Source of the DNA: a virus
Lineage: Duplodnaviria > Caudoviricetes
Reading direction: 5' to 3' (one strand)
Virus record (IMG/VR): IMGVR_UViG_3300044984_001322
Location: 1 to 56,878 of that record
DNA: 56,878 bases
Part shown: piece after piece, positions 7,211 to 15,952 of the stretch
How positions within the stretch are numbered: the first letter of the stretch is position 1
Layout of the letters: every line of letters begins with the position of its first letter
Notes under the pieces: generated by a model
What the model saw: only the letters and a program-made list of their open reading frames with translations
What the model was told of the DNA's origin: nothing
Databases searched by the model: none
Position numbers and translations under genes: made by a program

Positions 7211-7335
7211 TATCCGCCCGTCAGCGTGATGATGTGAAAGCCCCGCGAGACCTCAGAGGTGAAGGTCAGGCCGCGCTGGACAAGACCAGCAACGGTGTCG
7301 AGAAACTCTTCGTGGGTGGTGCAGTGGATGGTCAT
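7207..7335 (-). CDS. Small protein, 42 aa (MTIHCTTHEEFLDTVAGLVQRGLTF...TLTGGY), absent from the ORF track
   Basis: Manual translation; GGAGG RBS; fills the operon gap. Confidence 0.7.
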   Translation of the reverse strand: MTIHCTTHEEFLDTVAGLVQRGLTFTSEVSRGFHIITLTGGY

Positions 7336-7338
7336 GTC

Positions 7339-7536
7339 TTATGCCCTCCCTTCGCAAGCGGCGTCGAAGTCATCTTGGTAGATTTTCTCCAGTACTGCTT
7401 CGACCAGCCCCAGAGGCACGCTTGTCTCTTGGCTGATGTCCGGCAGGTAGCCGCCTTCGCAGATCATCGTCATGATCGTTGAGATGGTTGCGTTGTCCAT
7501 CAACGACAGGCGGTGGTACATTTGTTCGTCGGTCAT
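7339..7536 (-). CDS. Hypothetical early protein, possibly HTH-like
   Basis: GGAAGGA RBS before ATG 7536. Confidence 0.65.
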   Translation of the reverse strand: MTDEQMYHRLSLMDNATISTIMTMICEGGYLPDISQETSVPLGLVEAVLEKIYQDDFDAACEGRA

Positions 7537-7559
7537 TTCGTGTTCCTTCCATAGTGGCC

Positions 7560-7610
7560 CTGATGCCATCCTCGCAGCGGCTATGGTGGGCCGCTGTCTG
7601 GTGGGGTCAG
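7560..7610 (-). ncRNA. Conserved junction hairpin, copy D
   Basis: CTGA CC CCA CC AGA CAGCGGC CCACCATA GCCGCTG CGA GG A TGG CA TCAG; includes the upstream TGA. Confidence 0.75.
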
Positions 7611-7915
7611 TAATATCCGGCTCGTTCCTCCTGTTCGCGCTGCCACTCTGTGCCGCACTCTCCCAGCCGCTCTTCCAAGCTTTCGGGAAGCTCTGCCTCC
7701 AACCAATGATCCAGATCAACGTGACCGGCGATCATCACCTTGGCGGCGAAGCACTGAGCGTCGAAGCGGTGGCGGAAAGCTTTGGGGTGAACGAACTCTC
7801 CGGCCCACGTTGATGTGGTCACGAAGTAATCGAAGCGGGTGTTGATGCCGTCTTCGCAACGCTCTTCGAAGTACGGGCCTTCGGAGACCCCAACGCCGAT
7901 AACTAAACTTTTCAT
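7607..7915 (-). CDS. First gene of early operon, hypothetical
   Basis: GGAAGGA RBS before ATG 7915. Confidence 0.75.
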   Translation of the reverse strand: MKSLVIGVGVSEGPYFEERCEDGINTRFDYFVTTSTWAGEFVHPKAFRHRFDAQCFAAKVMIAGHVDLDHWLEAELPESLEERLGECGTEWQREQEERAGYY

Positions 7916-8010
7916 GCTGATTTCCTTCCATACTAAAATCACCAGACGGCAGCGGACTGCGGTGTGATGATCCTAGCGGAGACCGAAGCCCCCGTAGGTA
8001 TCAAGCGTTC

Positions 8011-8026
8011 ACAATGTCAAAGATCG
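8011..8026 (-). promoter_or_regulatory. boxA-like antitermination element (CGATCTTTGACATTGT)
   Basis: Resembles rrn/lambda boxA (CGCTCTTT-type) in the leader ~40 nt after the promoter; followed by hairpin 7968-8003. Confidence 0.55.
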
Positions 8027-8065
8027 GGACGGTGGGAGCCTCACGGCGGCGGTGTCTTGGCCTCT

Positions 8066-8094
8066 TCAATACGACCTGTTTTTATATGTGTCAA
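8066..8094 (-). promoter_or_regulatory. Early leftward promoter TTGACA-N17-TATTGA
   Basis: Perfect -35, 17-bp spacer, partial -10. Confidence 0.65.
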
Positions 8095-8299
8095 ACATAA
8101 AAATGCATGTGGCTATAACGTAGGCTGTGCGCGGCTTTAGGTTCTTATACGTTATGTACCGTGATGCACCGAAAGCAGTCTGCCCAAAAAATCGGCGGGA
8201 AAAACCGGAACACCGCGATCCCTTCCCTTCATGTAGAGTAGAGACAATAGACAGTAGGGGATGTATAGAGACCAGACACAAGTAATCGGAATCTATACT

Positions 8300-8758
8300 A
8301 TGAAGAAAGACTACACACCCGAAGCAAAGGGCAAGATCATGGCAAGTGAAATGCCAGACTATATTACGCCGAAGCAGCAAGCGTTCATCCATGCCTACGC
8401 CGCCAATGGGAACAACGGGAGACAGGCAGCGATCTCAGCCGGATATGCACCAGCAAGTGCCCATGTGACCGCCAGCACGATGCTGAAGATGGACAAGATC
8501 AGGAAGCGGATAGAGCCTACACAAGACAAGCAGACAGAGAGGCTGGGGCTTGATGCTGATTGGATCGTCTCCCGTCTGATGAAGGAAGCAGAGAGCGGCG
8601 ACAACTCTGAGGCTGCTCGCGTTCGCGCACTGGAACTGTTGGGCAAAGTCGAAGGCATCTTTGCACCTGACAAGAAACAGATCGAGACCATCAATGGCGG
8701 CGACTTCCTAGCCAATCTGGACATGTCCGACGAAGACGATCCCGACACCCTGCAATAA
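8300..8758 (+). CDS. terS: Terminase small subunit
   Basis: TPKQQAF...NGRQAAISAGY...ALELLGK motifs; start may be 8261. Confidence 0.9.
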   Translation: MKKDYTPEAKGKIMASEMPDYITPKQQAFIHAYAANGNNGRQAAISAGYAPASAHVTASTMLKMDKIRKRIEPTQDKQTERLGLDADWIVSRLMKEAESGDNSEAARVRALELLGKVEGIFAPDKKQIETINGGDFLANLDMSDEDDPDTLQ

Positions 8759-9339
8759 CCACCCCATGCGAGCACGACCCTGACAAGGTTGTGCTTGTTA
8801 TCCCTTGGTTTTTTTCTTGGGCTTTTTTTCTTGGCCTTTTTCTGCGGGCCTTGGCGCGTGGGCTGTGCTGTACGGTGTGCGCACCTGTGCGTGTGCATGC
8901 TGCCTCATCGTGTGCATGCGTATGTGTGCAGGGGGAGGGGGGGGACGTGGTGCAGCGCACCCGCCATCGCCCGTGCGGTTCCATAAGGCCCATGATAAGC
9001 TGTAGCCCTAGAATTGGCACCCTAACCTTTTGCCCCTTCTCTAATAAATGGGGTGGTAAACTTTGAGTCCAAAAATAAAAAAAATATAAAAATCATTTTT
9101 GATGTCTTTTACATAAGACTTATGCGGAAAATTATTCAGTATTGCATCAAGTAAAAAAACAAGTAATCGAACTATTCATGCAAGAAAAAATCATTGGCAT
9201 TTGCCTTCGCTCAAAAAGATTTGAAATTCATTTCTGTTTATCTGTAAACGTATTTGCTGTAGGGCTTGAGTTCTACGACAAGTCTTTTGTTGTTCGTTTT
9301 GGACCGGCTTTCGTTTCTTTATCTTGGGGATGAACAAAC

Positions 9340-9816
9340 ATGATGTGGATGAAGACTGCTCATGAGTCTGTCGGCCTTAAGGAGGTCGTAGGGCCAAAGC
9401 ACAACACGAAGATTCAGGCGTGGCTCTCTAAGCTTGGCGCTTGGTGGAATGACGATGAGACGCCGTGGTGCGGTACATTCGTTGCTCACTGTCTGCGTGA
9501 GGCAGGTCATCCCATTCCCAAGCATTGGTATCGCGCTTTGGGGTGGAAGGAGTACGGTTCGAACCTTCGCCCCACCCATGTATGTGAAGGCGCTATTCTT
9601 GTGTTTTCTCGCGAAGGCGGAGGTCACGTCGGCTTCTATGTAAGCGAAGACCGTTTCTACTACCGTGTGTTGGGCGGCAACCAGAAGAACAGCGTCAACA
9701 TCATGCGTATTGCCAAGAGCCGCTGTGTAGCCATTCGCTGGCCTACAGGCGTACCCGTAACCGGCGTTCCTATCCACGTTGCGACAAACGCTCCTGTCTC
9801 AGGGAATGAGGCGTGA
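9340..9816 (+). CDS. Endolysin, TIGR02594/NlpC-P60-like cysteine peptidase
   Basis: DETPWCGTFV, GGGHVGF, VLGGNQ motifs. Confidence 0.9.
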   Translation: MMWMKTAHESVGLKEVVGPKHNTKIQAWLSKLGAWWNDDETPWCGTFVAHCLREAGHPIPKHWYRALGWKEYGSNLRPTHVCEGAILVFSREGGGHVGFYVSEDRFYYRVLGGNQKNSVNIMRIAKSRCVAIRWPTGVPVTGVPIHVATNAPVSGNEA

Positions 9817-10067
9817 GCTTTAAAGAGCGTCTGCTTGAGATTGAGGCCATTGCCCTTTGCGTGATGCGTAAGTGGTGGAGGCCGGTCACCTGCTTATGGA
9901 TTGCAGGAACGATGGCGGTGCATGGCGTTATCTCTCCCCTCTATCTTCTATTCACAAAAGGTGAGGCTCCAAGCGACATGACTGGACTGTCATTGCTTGT
10001 GACGGCGGTAGCTGCAGCGTTTGCTGTGCGTGAGTGGGGTAAGATTAAAGGAGCGGGAAATGATTGA
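9813..10067 (+). CDS. Holin-like membrane protein
   Basis: WRP followed by two hydrophobic helices; in lysis cassette. Confidence 0.7.
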   Translation: MSFKERLLEIEAIALCVMRKWWRPVTCLWIAGTMAVHGVISPLYLLFTKGEAPSDMTGLSLLVTAVAAAFAVREWGKIKGAGND

Positions 10068-10410
10068 GGCATTGAAGGGTCTTTGGGTTTTCCGCCGATT
10101 TTTTGGGTACGCCGCGCTTCTGGTTGTTATTGGGTGGTTGTGGATGTCTAACTCCGGTCTGGAGAAGGACGTGCTTAAGGCAAAGATCGCCAACACAGAG
10201 TTGATGGCGGTGCTGAATAAGCAAAATGCGCAGGTCTCTCAATTTGAGAATAACGCCAAGCAGCGCAAGGTTGTCGCAGTGAAGGCTATGGCCGCAGCAA
10301 AGGTAGTCGATAAGGCTCACGTCACTAAAGCAAACCGTATTCTTATTACCGTTCCTAAGAATAGCGACGAGTGTGTGGCTGCTCTTGAGTTGTTACGGGA
10401 GTATCAATGA
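10060..10410 (+). CDS. i-spanin (Rz-like)
   Basis: N-terminal TM, coiled coil, C-terminal Cys. Confidence 0.7.
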   Translation: MIEALKGLWVFRRFFGYAALLVVIGWLWMSNSGLEKDVLKAKIANTELMAVLNKQNAQVSQFENNAKQRKVVAVKAMAAAKVVDKAHVTKANRILITVPKNSDECVAALELLREYQ

Positions 10411-10655
10411 TGCGTGTTTGGTTTTTTCCGCCGATTTTTTTGGCGCTGACTGCATGCTCTACTAAAACAGTAGAAGTAAAAATACCTATTCCTGTTCCAT
10501 GTATTACTGAAACTATACCAGAACCTACTTATCCTATTGTTAAAGAAGATGCTGGCATATTTGAAAGAGTAAAGGTATTGCTTGCCGAGCGTGAGTTGCG
10601 CAGGGGTTATGAAATTAAATTACGGGCAGCACTGTCTGCCTGCGGAGAAATCTAA
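10407..10655 (+). CDS. o-spanin (Rz1-like lipoprotein)
   Basis: Lipobox LTAC, Pro-rich segment. Confidence 0.75.
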   Translation: MMRVWFFPPIFLALTACSTKTVEVKIPIPVPCITETIPEPTYPIVKEDAGIFERVKVLLAERELRRGYEIKLRAALSACGEI

Positions 10656-10775
10656 ATGAAGAAGATGAGCAAGAAGATGATGGCCGAAATGCCAATGGGT
10701 AAAGGCATGCCGTTCGGCAAGGAAAAGGGCAAAGAAATGCCAAAGTGCAAGATGCCCATGAAAAAGAAGAAGTAG
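10656..10775 (+). CDS. Small Lys/Met-rich basic peptide (MKKMSKKMMAEMPMGKGM...KKKK)
   Basis: Manual translation, 39 aa; GGAG RBS; ATG directly after upstream TAA. Confidence 0.6.
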   Translation: MKKMSKKMMAEMPMGKGMPFGKEKGKEMPKCKMPMKKKK

Positions 10776-10791
10776 GTAAGAAAGTGGGTAG

Positions 10792-11256
10792 GTGCAGAAA
10801 CTCTGCACCAACTGCGGCCAGTTGAAGGCCTTATCAGAGTACCGCCTGAACTCTATGACAGGGCGGTACTCTACCCGCTGCGCATCATGTCCAGCCTTAA
10901 AAGCTCTTCGAAAATACAACTGCCTTAAGACGTACCTCCAGTACCGATATTACGACGCAACAAGGAAGTCTGTGGGCGGTCAACTACCGACAGCCTGTTT
11001 TACGCTTGAGTATTTGCTTGATCTTCTTGAGAAACAAGACGGCAAATGCGCTGTGACCGGCAAGGTGTTTACCTTCAGCGGCAATTACCTTGGCACGAAT
11101 ATCAGCATTGACCGGATCGACTCCAACAAGCCGTACTCCGCAGAAAACGTAAGGTTAATCTGTCTCGCAGTTAATTATATGAAGCGCCGCATGAACGACA
11201 ACGAGCTTGTCGATTGGTGTCTAGATATCGTCAAAGGTGCAGGTTCGTGGAAATAG
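10792..11256 (+). CDS. HNH-type endonuclease with N-terminal zinc finger
   Basis: CTNC/CASC, QDGKCAVTG, SIDRIDSNKPY..NVRLIC..VNYMK. Confidence 0.8.
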   Translation: MQKLCTNCGQLKALSEYRLNSMTGRYSTRCASCPALKALRKYNCLKTYLQYRYYDATRKSVGGQLPTACFTLEYLLDLLEKQDGKCAVTGKVFTFSGNYLGTNISIDRIDSNKPYSAENVRLICLAVNYMKRRMNDNELVDWCLDIVKGAGSWK

Positions 11257-12833
11257 AAGACGTTGCACGCAAGCTGATGGCGGATTTCCCGCTGTACGCA
11301 AAGAACGTGTTGAGGATCGTGAATAAGAAGGGTGAGATAGCCCCACTGAAGCTCAACCGTGGGCAGATGATCCTGCATGAGACGCTGGAGAAGCAGCTTG
11401 CAGAGACAGGCCGCATTCGCGCTCTTGTGATTAAGGGACGCCAGATGGGCATCTCTACCTATGTTGAAGGCCGCTTCTTTTGGAAAACCACTAAGACCAA
11501 GAACGCCAACGCATTCGTTCTGTCCCACCTTGCAGAGTCGACCACCGCCATCTTCCGAATGGTGCGCTTCTTCTATGACAACGCAGCCCACCCTATCTTC
11601 AAGCCGCCACTGGCAACTAGCACGACCACCACAATGGTCTTTGAGCGGCTGAACTCTCAATATCGTATCGGTACGGCGCGATCCACCAACATTGGTCGCG
11701 GCATGACCAACCGCTATGTGCATGCATCTGAGGCAGCGTTCTATCCCAATAGTGGCGAGATTGTGTCTGGCCTTCTGCAGTCTGTTCCGGCTGATGACTC
11801 AGAGGTTGTGGTTGAGTCCACGGCTAACGGTGCAGGCGGCTGGTTCTACGAACAGGTAATGAAGGCGCTACGTGGAGACGGTGATTGGATCGTGATCTTT
11901 ATCCCGTGGTTTTGGCTTCCGGAATATTCCAAAAAATGTGATCCATATTTTGAGCTAACCAACGACGAACAGAAGCTGTCGCTGCTCTACGGCCTTACAC
12001 CAGAGCAGGTTAACTGGCGGCGCTCAAAGATCGACGAACTTGGTTCGCTAGATTTCTTCAAGCAGGAATACCCTTGCAATCCCGAAGAGGCGTTCCTGTT
12101 CTCTGGCCGCAGCTTCGTTGAGGAAGACTGCCTCATGGATGCAGATCGCGACTGCTACTCACCGGCAATAGAGGGTAGTTTTAAGGATGGGACTGTCACG
12201 CCGCATGAAGACGGCGCGTACAAGCAGTTTGTAAAGCATATCGATCCCGACGAACGCTACTGCATTGGCGTCGACATTGCTGAAGGTCTTGCGCACGGAG
12301 ATTACTCAGTTGCTCAAGTGCTGGATTCCCTTGGCAGGCAGGTTGCTACATGGCGGCTTCACATCGACCCCTATGAGTATGCGGATCAACTCAGCCATTT
12401 AGGCAAGATGTTTAACCGCGCCTACATTGTCCCTGAGAGAAACAACCACGGTCTAACCACCATCCGGCGGCTGCAGGACTTGGGCTACCCCAACCTGTAC
12501 ATCGAACACACTGTTGATGATGCATACGCAGACAGAATGACGAAGCGTGCAGGCTTTTATACGTCTAGTAAAACAAAGCCACTCATCATTGATAATCTTG
12601 CAGCACTACTGCGTAAGCGTGACAGCGGAATAGCAGATAAAGAATTAGTAAAAGAACTGCGAAATTATGTAATAGATGACAAAGGATCAACTAATGCTAA
12701 GGCGGGTTGCTTTGATGACCGAGTAATGGCATATGCCATTGCTCTATTCGGATTAAATACAATGCCACGTAATCGTAAAACATCGACTACAGTGTCTAAA
12801 TATGAGCCATTCGATAGTGTTGTGGGGTATTGA
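11247..12833 (+). CDS. terL: Terminase large subunit
   Basis: Walker A KGRQMGIST, HASE, ESTANG, nuclease GVDIAEG...DYS, DDRVMA; start uncertain. Confidence 0.95.
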   Translation: MEIEDVARKLMADFPLYAKNVLRIVNKKGEIAPLKLNRGQMILHETLEKQLAETGRIRALVIKGRQMGISTYVEGRFFWKTTKTKNANAFVLSHLAESTTAIFRMVRFFYDNAAHPIFKPPLATSTTTTMVFERLNSQYRIGTARSTNIGRGMTNRYVHASEAAFYPNSGEIVSGLLQSVPADDSEVVVESTANGAGGWFYEQVMKALRGDGDWIVIFIPWFWLPEYSKKCDPYFELTNDEQKLSLLYGLTPEQVNWRRSKIDELGSLDFFKQEYPCNPEEAFLFSGRSFVEEDCLMDADRDCYSPAIEGSFKDGTVTPHEDGAYKQFVKHIDPDERYCIGVDIAEGLAHGDYSVAQVLDSLGRQVATWRLHIDPYEYADQLSHLGKMFNRAYIVPERNNHGLTTIRRLQDLGYPNLYIEHTVDDAYADRMTKRAGFYTSSKTKPLIIDNLAALLRKRDSGIADKELVKELRNYVIDDKGSTNAKAGCFDDRVMAYAIALFGLNTMPRNRKTSTTVSKYEPFDSVVGY

Positions 12834-14869
12834 TGTACGAAGACGACATAGAAGACGATGACAATGGAGAAAAAATCGTAACGGCAGCGCGACGCGAAGA
12901 GGACTTTGAAGAGCTTCAAGGTCTTGGTCCGCGTCTGCAGTCCCTATTTCGTGAGTACAAAGACGCTCGTAAAGACATCGAAGACGAGTGGCTTGCCAAT
13001 TTACGCCAGTTTTTAGGGCAATACGACCCCGAAGTGCTGGCAAAGCTACAGGGTAGCCGGTCTAAAATCTTCGTAGGGCTGACCCGCACTAAGGTGATGG
13101 CGGCGTTTTCGCGCATTATCGACCTTCTTTTTCAGAATGGTCAGGACTTCTTTGGCATCGAGCCTACGCCACTACCTGATCTTGATCCCACAGAGATGGT
13201 TGAGATCACTAAATCTGCCACTGCAGAGGTAATGGAGGCGTCCGGCGCTGTTTCGCCGACACAAGTTCTCGACATTATCAATGAGCGCAAAGACGAATTA
13301 ACCGACGAACTGCGTGATGAAGTCCGCCGCCGCGCTAAATTGGCATCGGAAGAGATGATGCTAATCCTGCGTGACCAGCTTGTAGAGGCTGGCGCAGAGC
13401 AGAAGATAAAGGAAGCCGTAATGGAATCCTCCATCTTTGGTACTGGTTGCATTAAGTCCGGCACAGTCCGCATTGACCGCGCCAAGCGTTGGAAACGCAG
13501 CCTCATTAACGGCGTTCAAGCGCATGAACTGACAGTTATTGAGCAGGTCAAGCCAGACATTGAGTCTGTTTCAATCTTCGACATTTATCCTGACCCTTAC
13601 GCAACGTGCAACGAAGACCTTCATGGTTTATTCCGCCGCCACGTTCTTACCCGCCGCCAGTTCCGCGATCTGCGGGACATGGAAGGCATGGACGGTGAGG
13701 CTATTGAGCAAATCCTAGAAGACAGCCCACGCGGTAACTACGTCGAAGAAGACCACGAGCGCGTCCGCCGCGAAGCTGCAAACATTCGCTTGCAAGCTGG
13801 CCCTAACAATCGCTTTGATGTGCTGGAGTATTGGGGATCGATCAATGGCAAAGACCTTATCGACGCCAACGTAGAGCTTCCAAAAGACTCTGACGACTGT
13901 GACGAGTACGAAGCTAACGTGTGGATTTGTGCAGGGCGTGTCATTCGTGCAACACTTAACCCAATTCCAGACGGACGCATCCCGTACAACTGCTTCCCTT
14001 ACGAGCGTAACCCGCACCAGTTTTGGGGAACCGGCGTACCAGCAATGATGCGTGACTCTCAGTCGACCATGAACGCTGCGACCCGCATCTTTATCGACAA
14101 CATGGCGATTGCATCCGGTCCTATGGTGGAGGTCAATACAGACTTCCTAGAGGCAGGAGAAGACCCACGGGACATACACCCTTGGAAAGTCTTCTTGCGC
14201 AGTGGTGGCGATCCTAACGCGCCTGCAGTGCGTTTTAACCAGCCGGTTGCCAATGCTAGCGGTTTGACCAGCATTATCGAGATGTTCCGCCGCTTTGCGG
14301 ACGAGACTACGTCGCTGCCGTCATACACCCACGGTGAGACCGCGCAGTCTCTGAACAAGACTGCAACGGGCATGTCCATCCTGATGGGCAACGCCAACAT
14401 TGCGCTCAAGTCTACTTTGAAGAATGTAGACGATTTCTTAATCGTTCCCATGATTAAGTCTCTATATCACTGGAATATGGAGTGGAGCGACAATGAAAAG
14501 GCAAAGGGCGATCTAAATATAGTAGCTCGCGGATCAACTTCACTTATTCAACGTGAAGTAAGATCACAGAGATTACTGCAATTTCTATCATTAATAAGTA
14601 ATCCTATGGATATTGCTATTGTAAAACGTAGGGAATTACTTACGGAGATTGCAAAGAGCATGGATATTAATCCCGAAGATGTGCTAAAGACTGATAAGGA
14701 ACTTGAATTTGAAGCGCAGGCACAACAGCAGCAGATGCTCGCCCAAGGCGGCGCAGGCGGTGAGTTACCTGCAGGCGCAGCCCCAATGGAAGGAATTGAT
14801 GATCTTTCTAACGGAGCGGCTGGAGGCTTGCAGGGACAAATTGGAGATCGTTCCGGACCACAAATTTGA
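12830..14869 (+). CDS. Portal protein
   Basis: Position after terL, 679 aa, TATGMSIL motif, Q-rich tail. Confidence 0.9.
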   Translation: MMYEDDIEDDDNGEKIVTAARREEDFEELQGLGPRLQSLFREYKDARKDIEDEWLANLRQFLGQYDPEVLAKLQGSRSKIFVGLTRTKVMAAFSRIIDLLFQNGQDFFGIEPTPLPDLDPTEMVEITKSATAEVMEASGAVSPTQVLDIINERKDELTDELRDEVRRRAKLASEEMMLILRDQLVEAGAEQKIKEAVMESSIFGTGCIKSGTVRIDRAKRWKRSLINGVQAHELTVIEQVKPDIESVSIFDIYPDPYATCNEDLHGLFRRHVLTRRQFRDLRDMEGMDGEAIEQILEDSPRGNYVEEDHERVRREAANIRLQAGPNNRFDVLEYWGSINGKDLIDANVELPKDSDDCDEYEANVWICAGRVIRATLNPIPDGRIPYNCFPYERNPHQFWGTGVPAMMRDSQSTMNAATRIFIDNMAIASGPMVEVNTDFLEAGEDPRDIHPWKVFLRSGGDPNAPAVRFNQPVANASGLTSIIEMFRRFADETTSLPSYTHGETAQSLNKTATGMSILMGNANIALKSTLKNVDDFLIVPMIKSLYHWNMEWSDNEKAKGDLNIVARGSTSLIQREVRSQRLLQFLSLISNPMDIAIVKRRELLTEIAKSMDINPEDVLKTDKELEFEAQAQQQQMLAQGGAGGELPAGAAPMEGIDDLSNGAAGGLQGQIGDRSGPQI

Positions 14870-14954
14870 TCAGGGAAGAGCGGCAGAACTGCGCTTCTTT
14901 CTTGAACTAGAAGATACCGCGCAAGCGGTTTTGAGCCAGAAGACGACCTCATAA
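14703..14954 (+). CDS. Small protein overlapping the portal 3' end
   Basis: Amphipathic helical sequence (QWKELMIFL...QGRAAELRFF) like post-portal genes; start uncertain. Confidence 0.6.
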   Translation: MNLKRRHNSSRCSPKAAQAVSYLQAQPQWKELMIFLTERLEACRDKLEIVPDHKFDQGRAAELRFFLELEDTAQAVLSQKTTS

Positions 14955-15021
14955 AGAGATACCCGTTTTCTAAATAAACCAGCGGACACTCCTGCAGCGG
15001 ACCCGCAAACATTGGTGAGAT

Positions 15022-15921
15022 ATGAAGGTAGACCCTGAGAAGCTTGAGCAAGAAGCCGACGAACTTTTGAAGCAGATGATGGAGCAAAACGCGGAACCGG
15101 CACAGACCGACACCCCGCGAGCACCAGAAGATGAAGATAACACCCCCGCAGAACCGGCGGACACAGTGGAAGACGGCAAAGAATTGGTTCCACAGGAGGA
15201 AGATCGCGGCGATCCAGACCCTGATGACGGCGATGATGACCTGCAAAAGCAGGTACGATTGGCTGAAGAACGTGTCAAGAATGCTCAGTCTCGAATGACA
15301 AAAGCGACGCAAGAAGCTGCGGACATGCGGAGAGATAATCTCGCACTACGCCAGCAGATTGCTGACCTGAGTGCTCAGTTAGCTGAGGCCAGTAACGGAA
15401 GCGACAACAGCGATGACGAATTGCGTACTCTTTCCGAAGAGTATCCCGACATTGCGCTGCCACTGCTTAAGAAGCTGTCGAAGCTAGAAGACACAGTCAA
15501 ACAGTACCGGACGCAAGTTGATACCGAAAAGAGCCAAAACACTCTGCAAGAACATTTTGGCACCATAGAGCAGTCGCACCCTGACATGAACGAGATCGTT
15601 ACGTCAGATGACTTTGCTGGATGGATAGAGCGTCAGTCGCCAGTATGGCAGCGTGTAGCCCAAGATGGCAGCGCCCATGAGGTGGTTGAACTCCTTAGTA
15701 AGTACAAAGAAACGTTCGATACACAGCCGCAACAGCCGGTTTCAAAGGTGGATAGAGCGCGTAAGGTTGCAGAACCAACGCTCCCTAAAGCCCGAAGACC
15801 GGACCCTAATTCGGGTAAGCGCATTTGGACGCGAGAAGAAATCACCCGCATGCCTCTCGATGAATTTGAGAAGCGTTCGGCAGAGATCGATCAAGCGTAC
15901 ATGGATGGGCGAGTCCGGTGA
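15022..15921 (+). CDS. Capsid scaffolding protein
   Basis: Acidic coiled coil, HPD...FAGW motif, precedes capsid gene. Confidence 0.8.
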   Translation: MKVDPEKLEQEADELLKQMMEQNAEPAQTDTPRAPEDEDNTPAEPADTVEDGKELVPQEEDRGDPDPDDGDDDLQKQVRLAEERVKNAQSRMTKATQEAADMRRDNLALRQQIADLSAQLAEASNGSDNSDDELRTLSEEYPDIALPLLKKLSKLEDTVKQYRTQVDTEKSQNTLQEHFGTIEQSHPDMNEIVTSDDFAGWIERQSPVWQRVAQDGSAHEVVELLSKYKETFDTQPQQPVSKVDRARKVAEPTLPKARRPDPNSGKRIWTREEITRMPLDEFEKRSAEIDQAYMDGRVR

Positions 15922-15952
15922 TTTAACACTGTTGTAAAAAGGTCAAATTGAC

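Noticed and set aside
2273-7610. Junction hairpins as integron attC sites or CRISPR repeats
   Set aside because: No RYYYAAC/GTTRRRY boxes, no integron-integrase insertion evident in either recombinase, spacing is gene-sized and irregular, and no cas genes
8395-9066. Several overlapping ORFs in and after terS
   Set aside because: Low-complexity translations without RBS; likely non-coding or antisense
9142-9333. Small ORF before the endolysin
   Set aside because: AT-rich with no clear RBS or motif; cannot be supported
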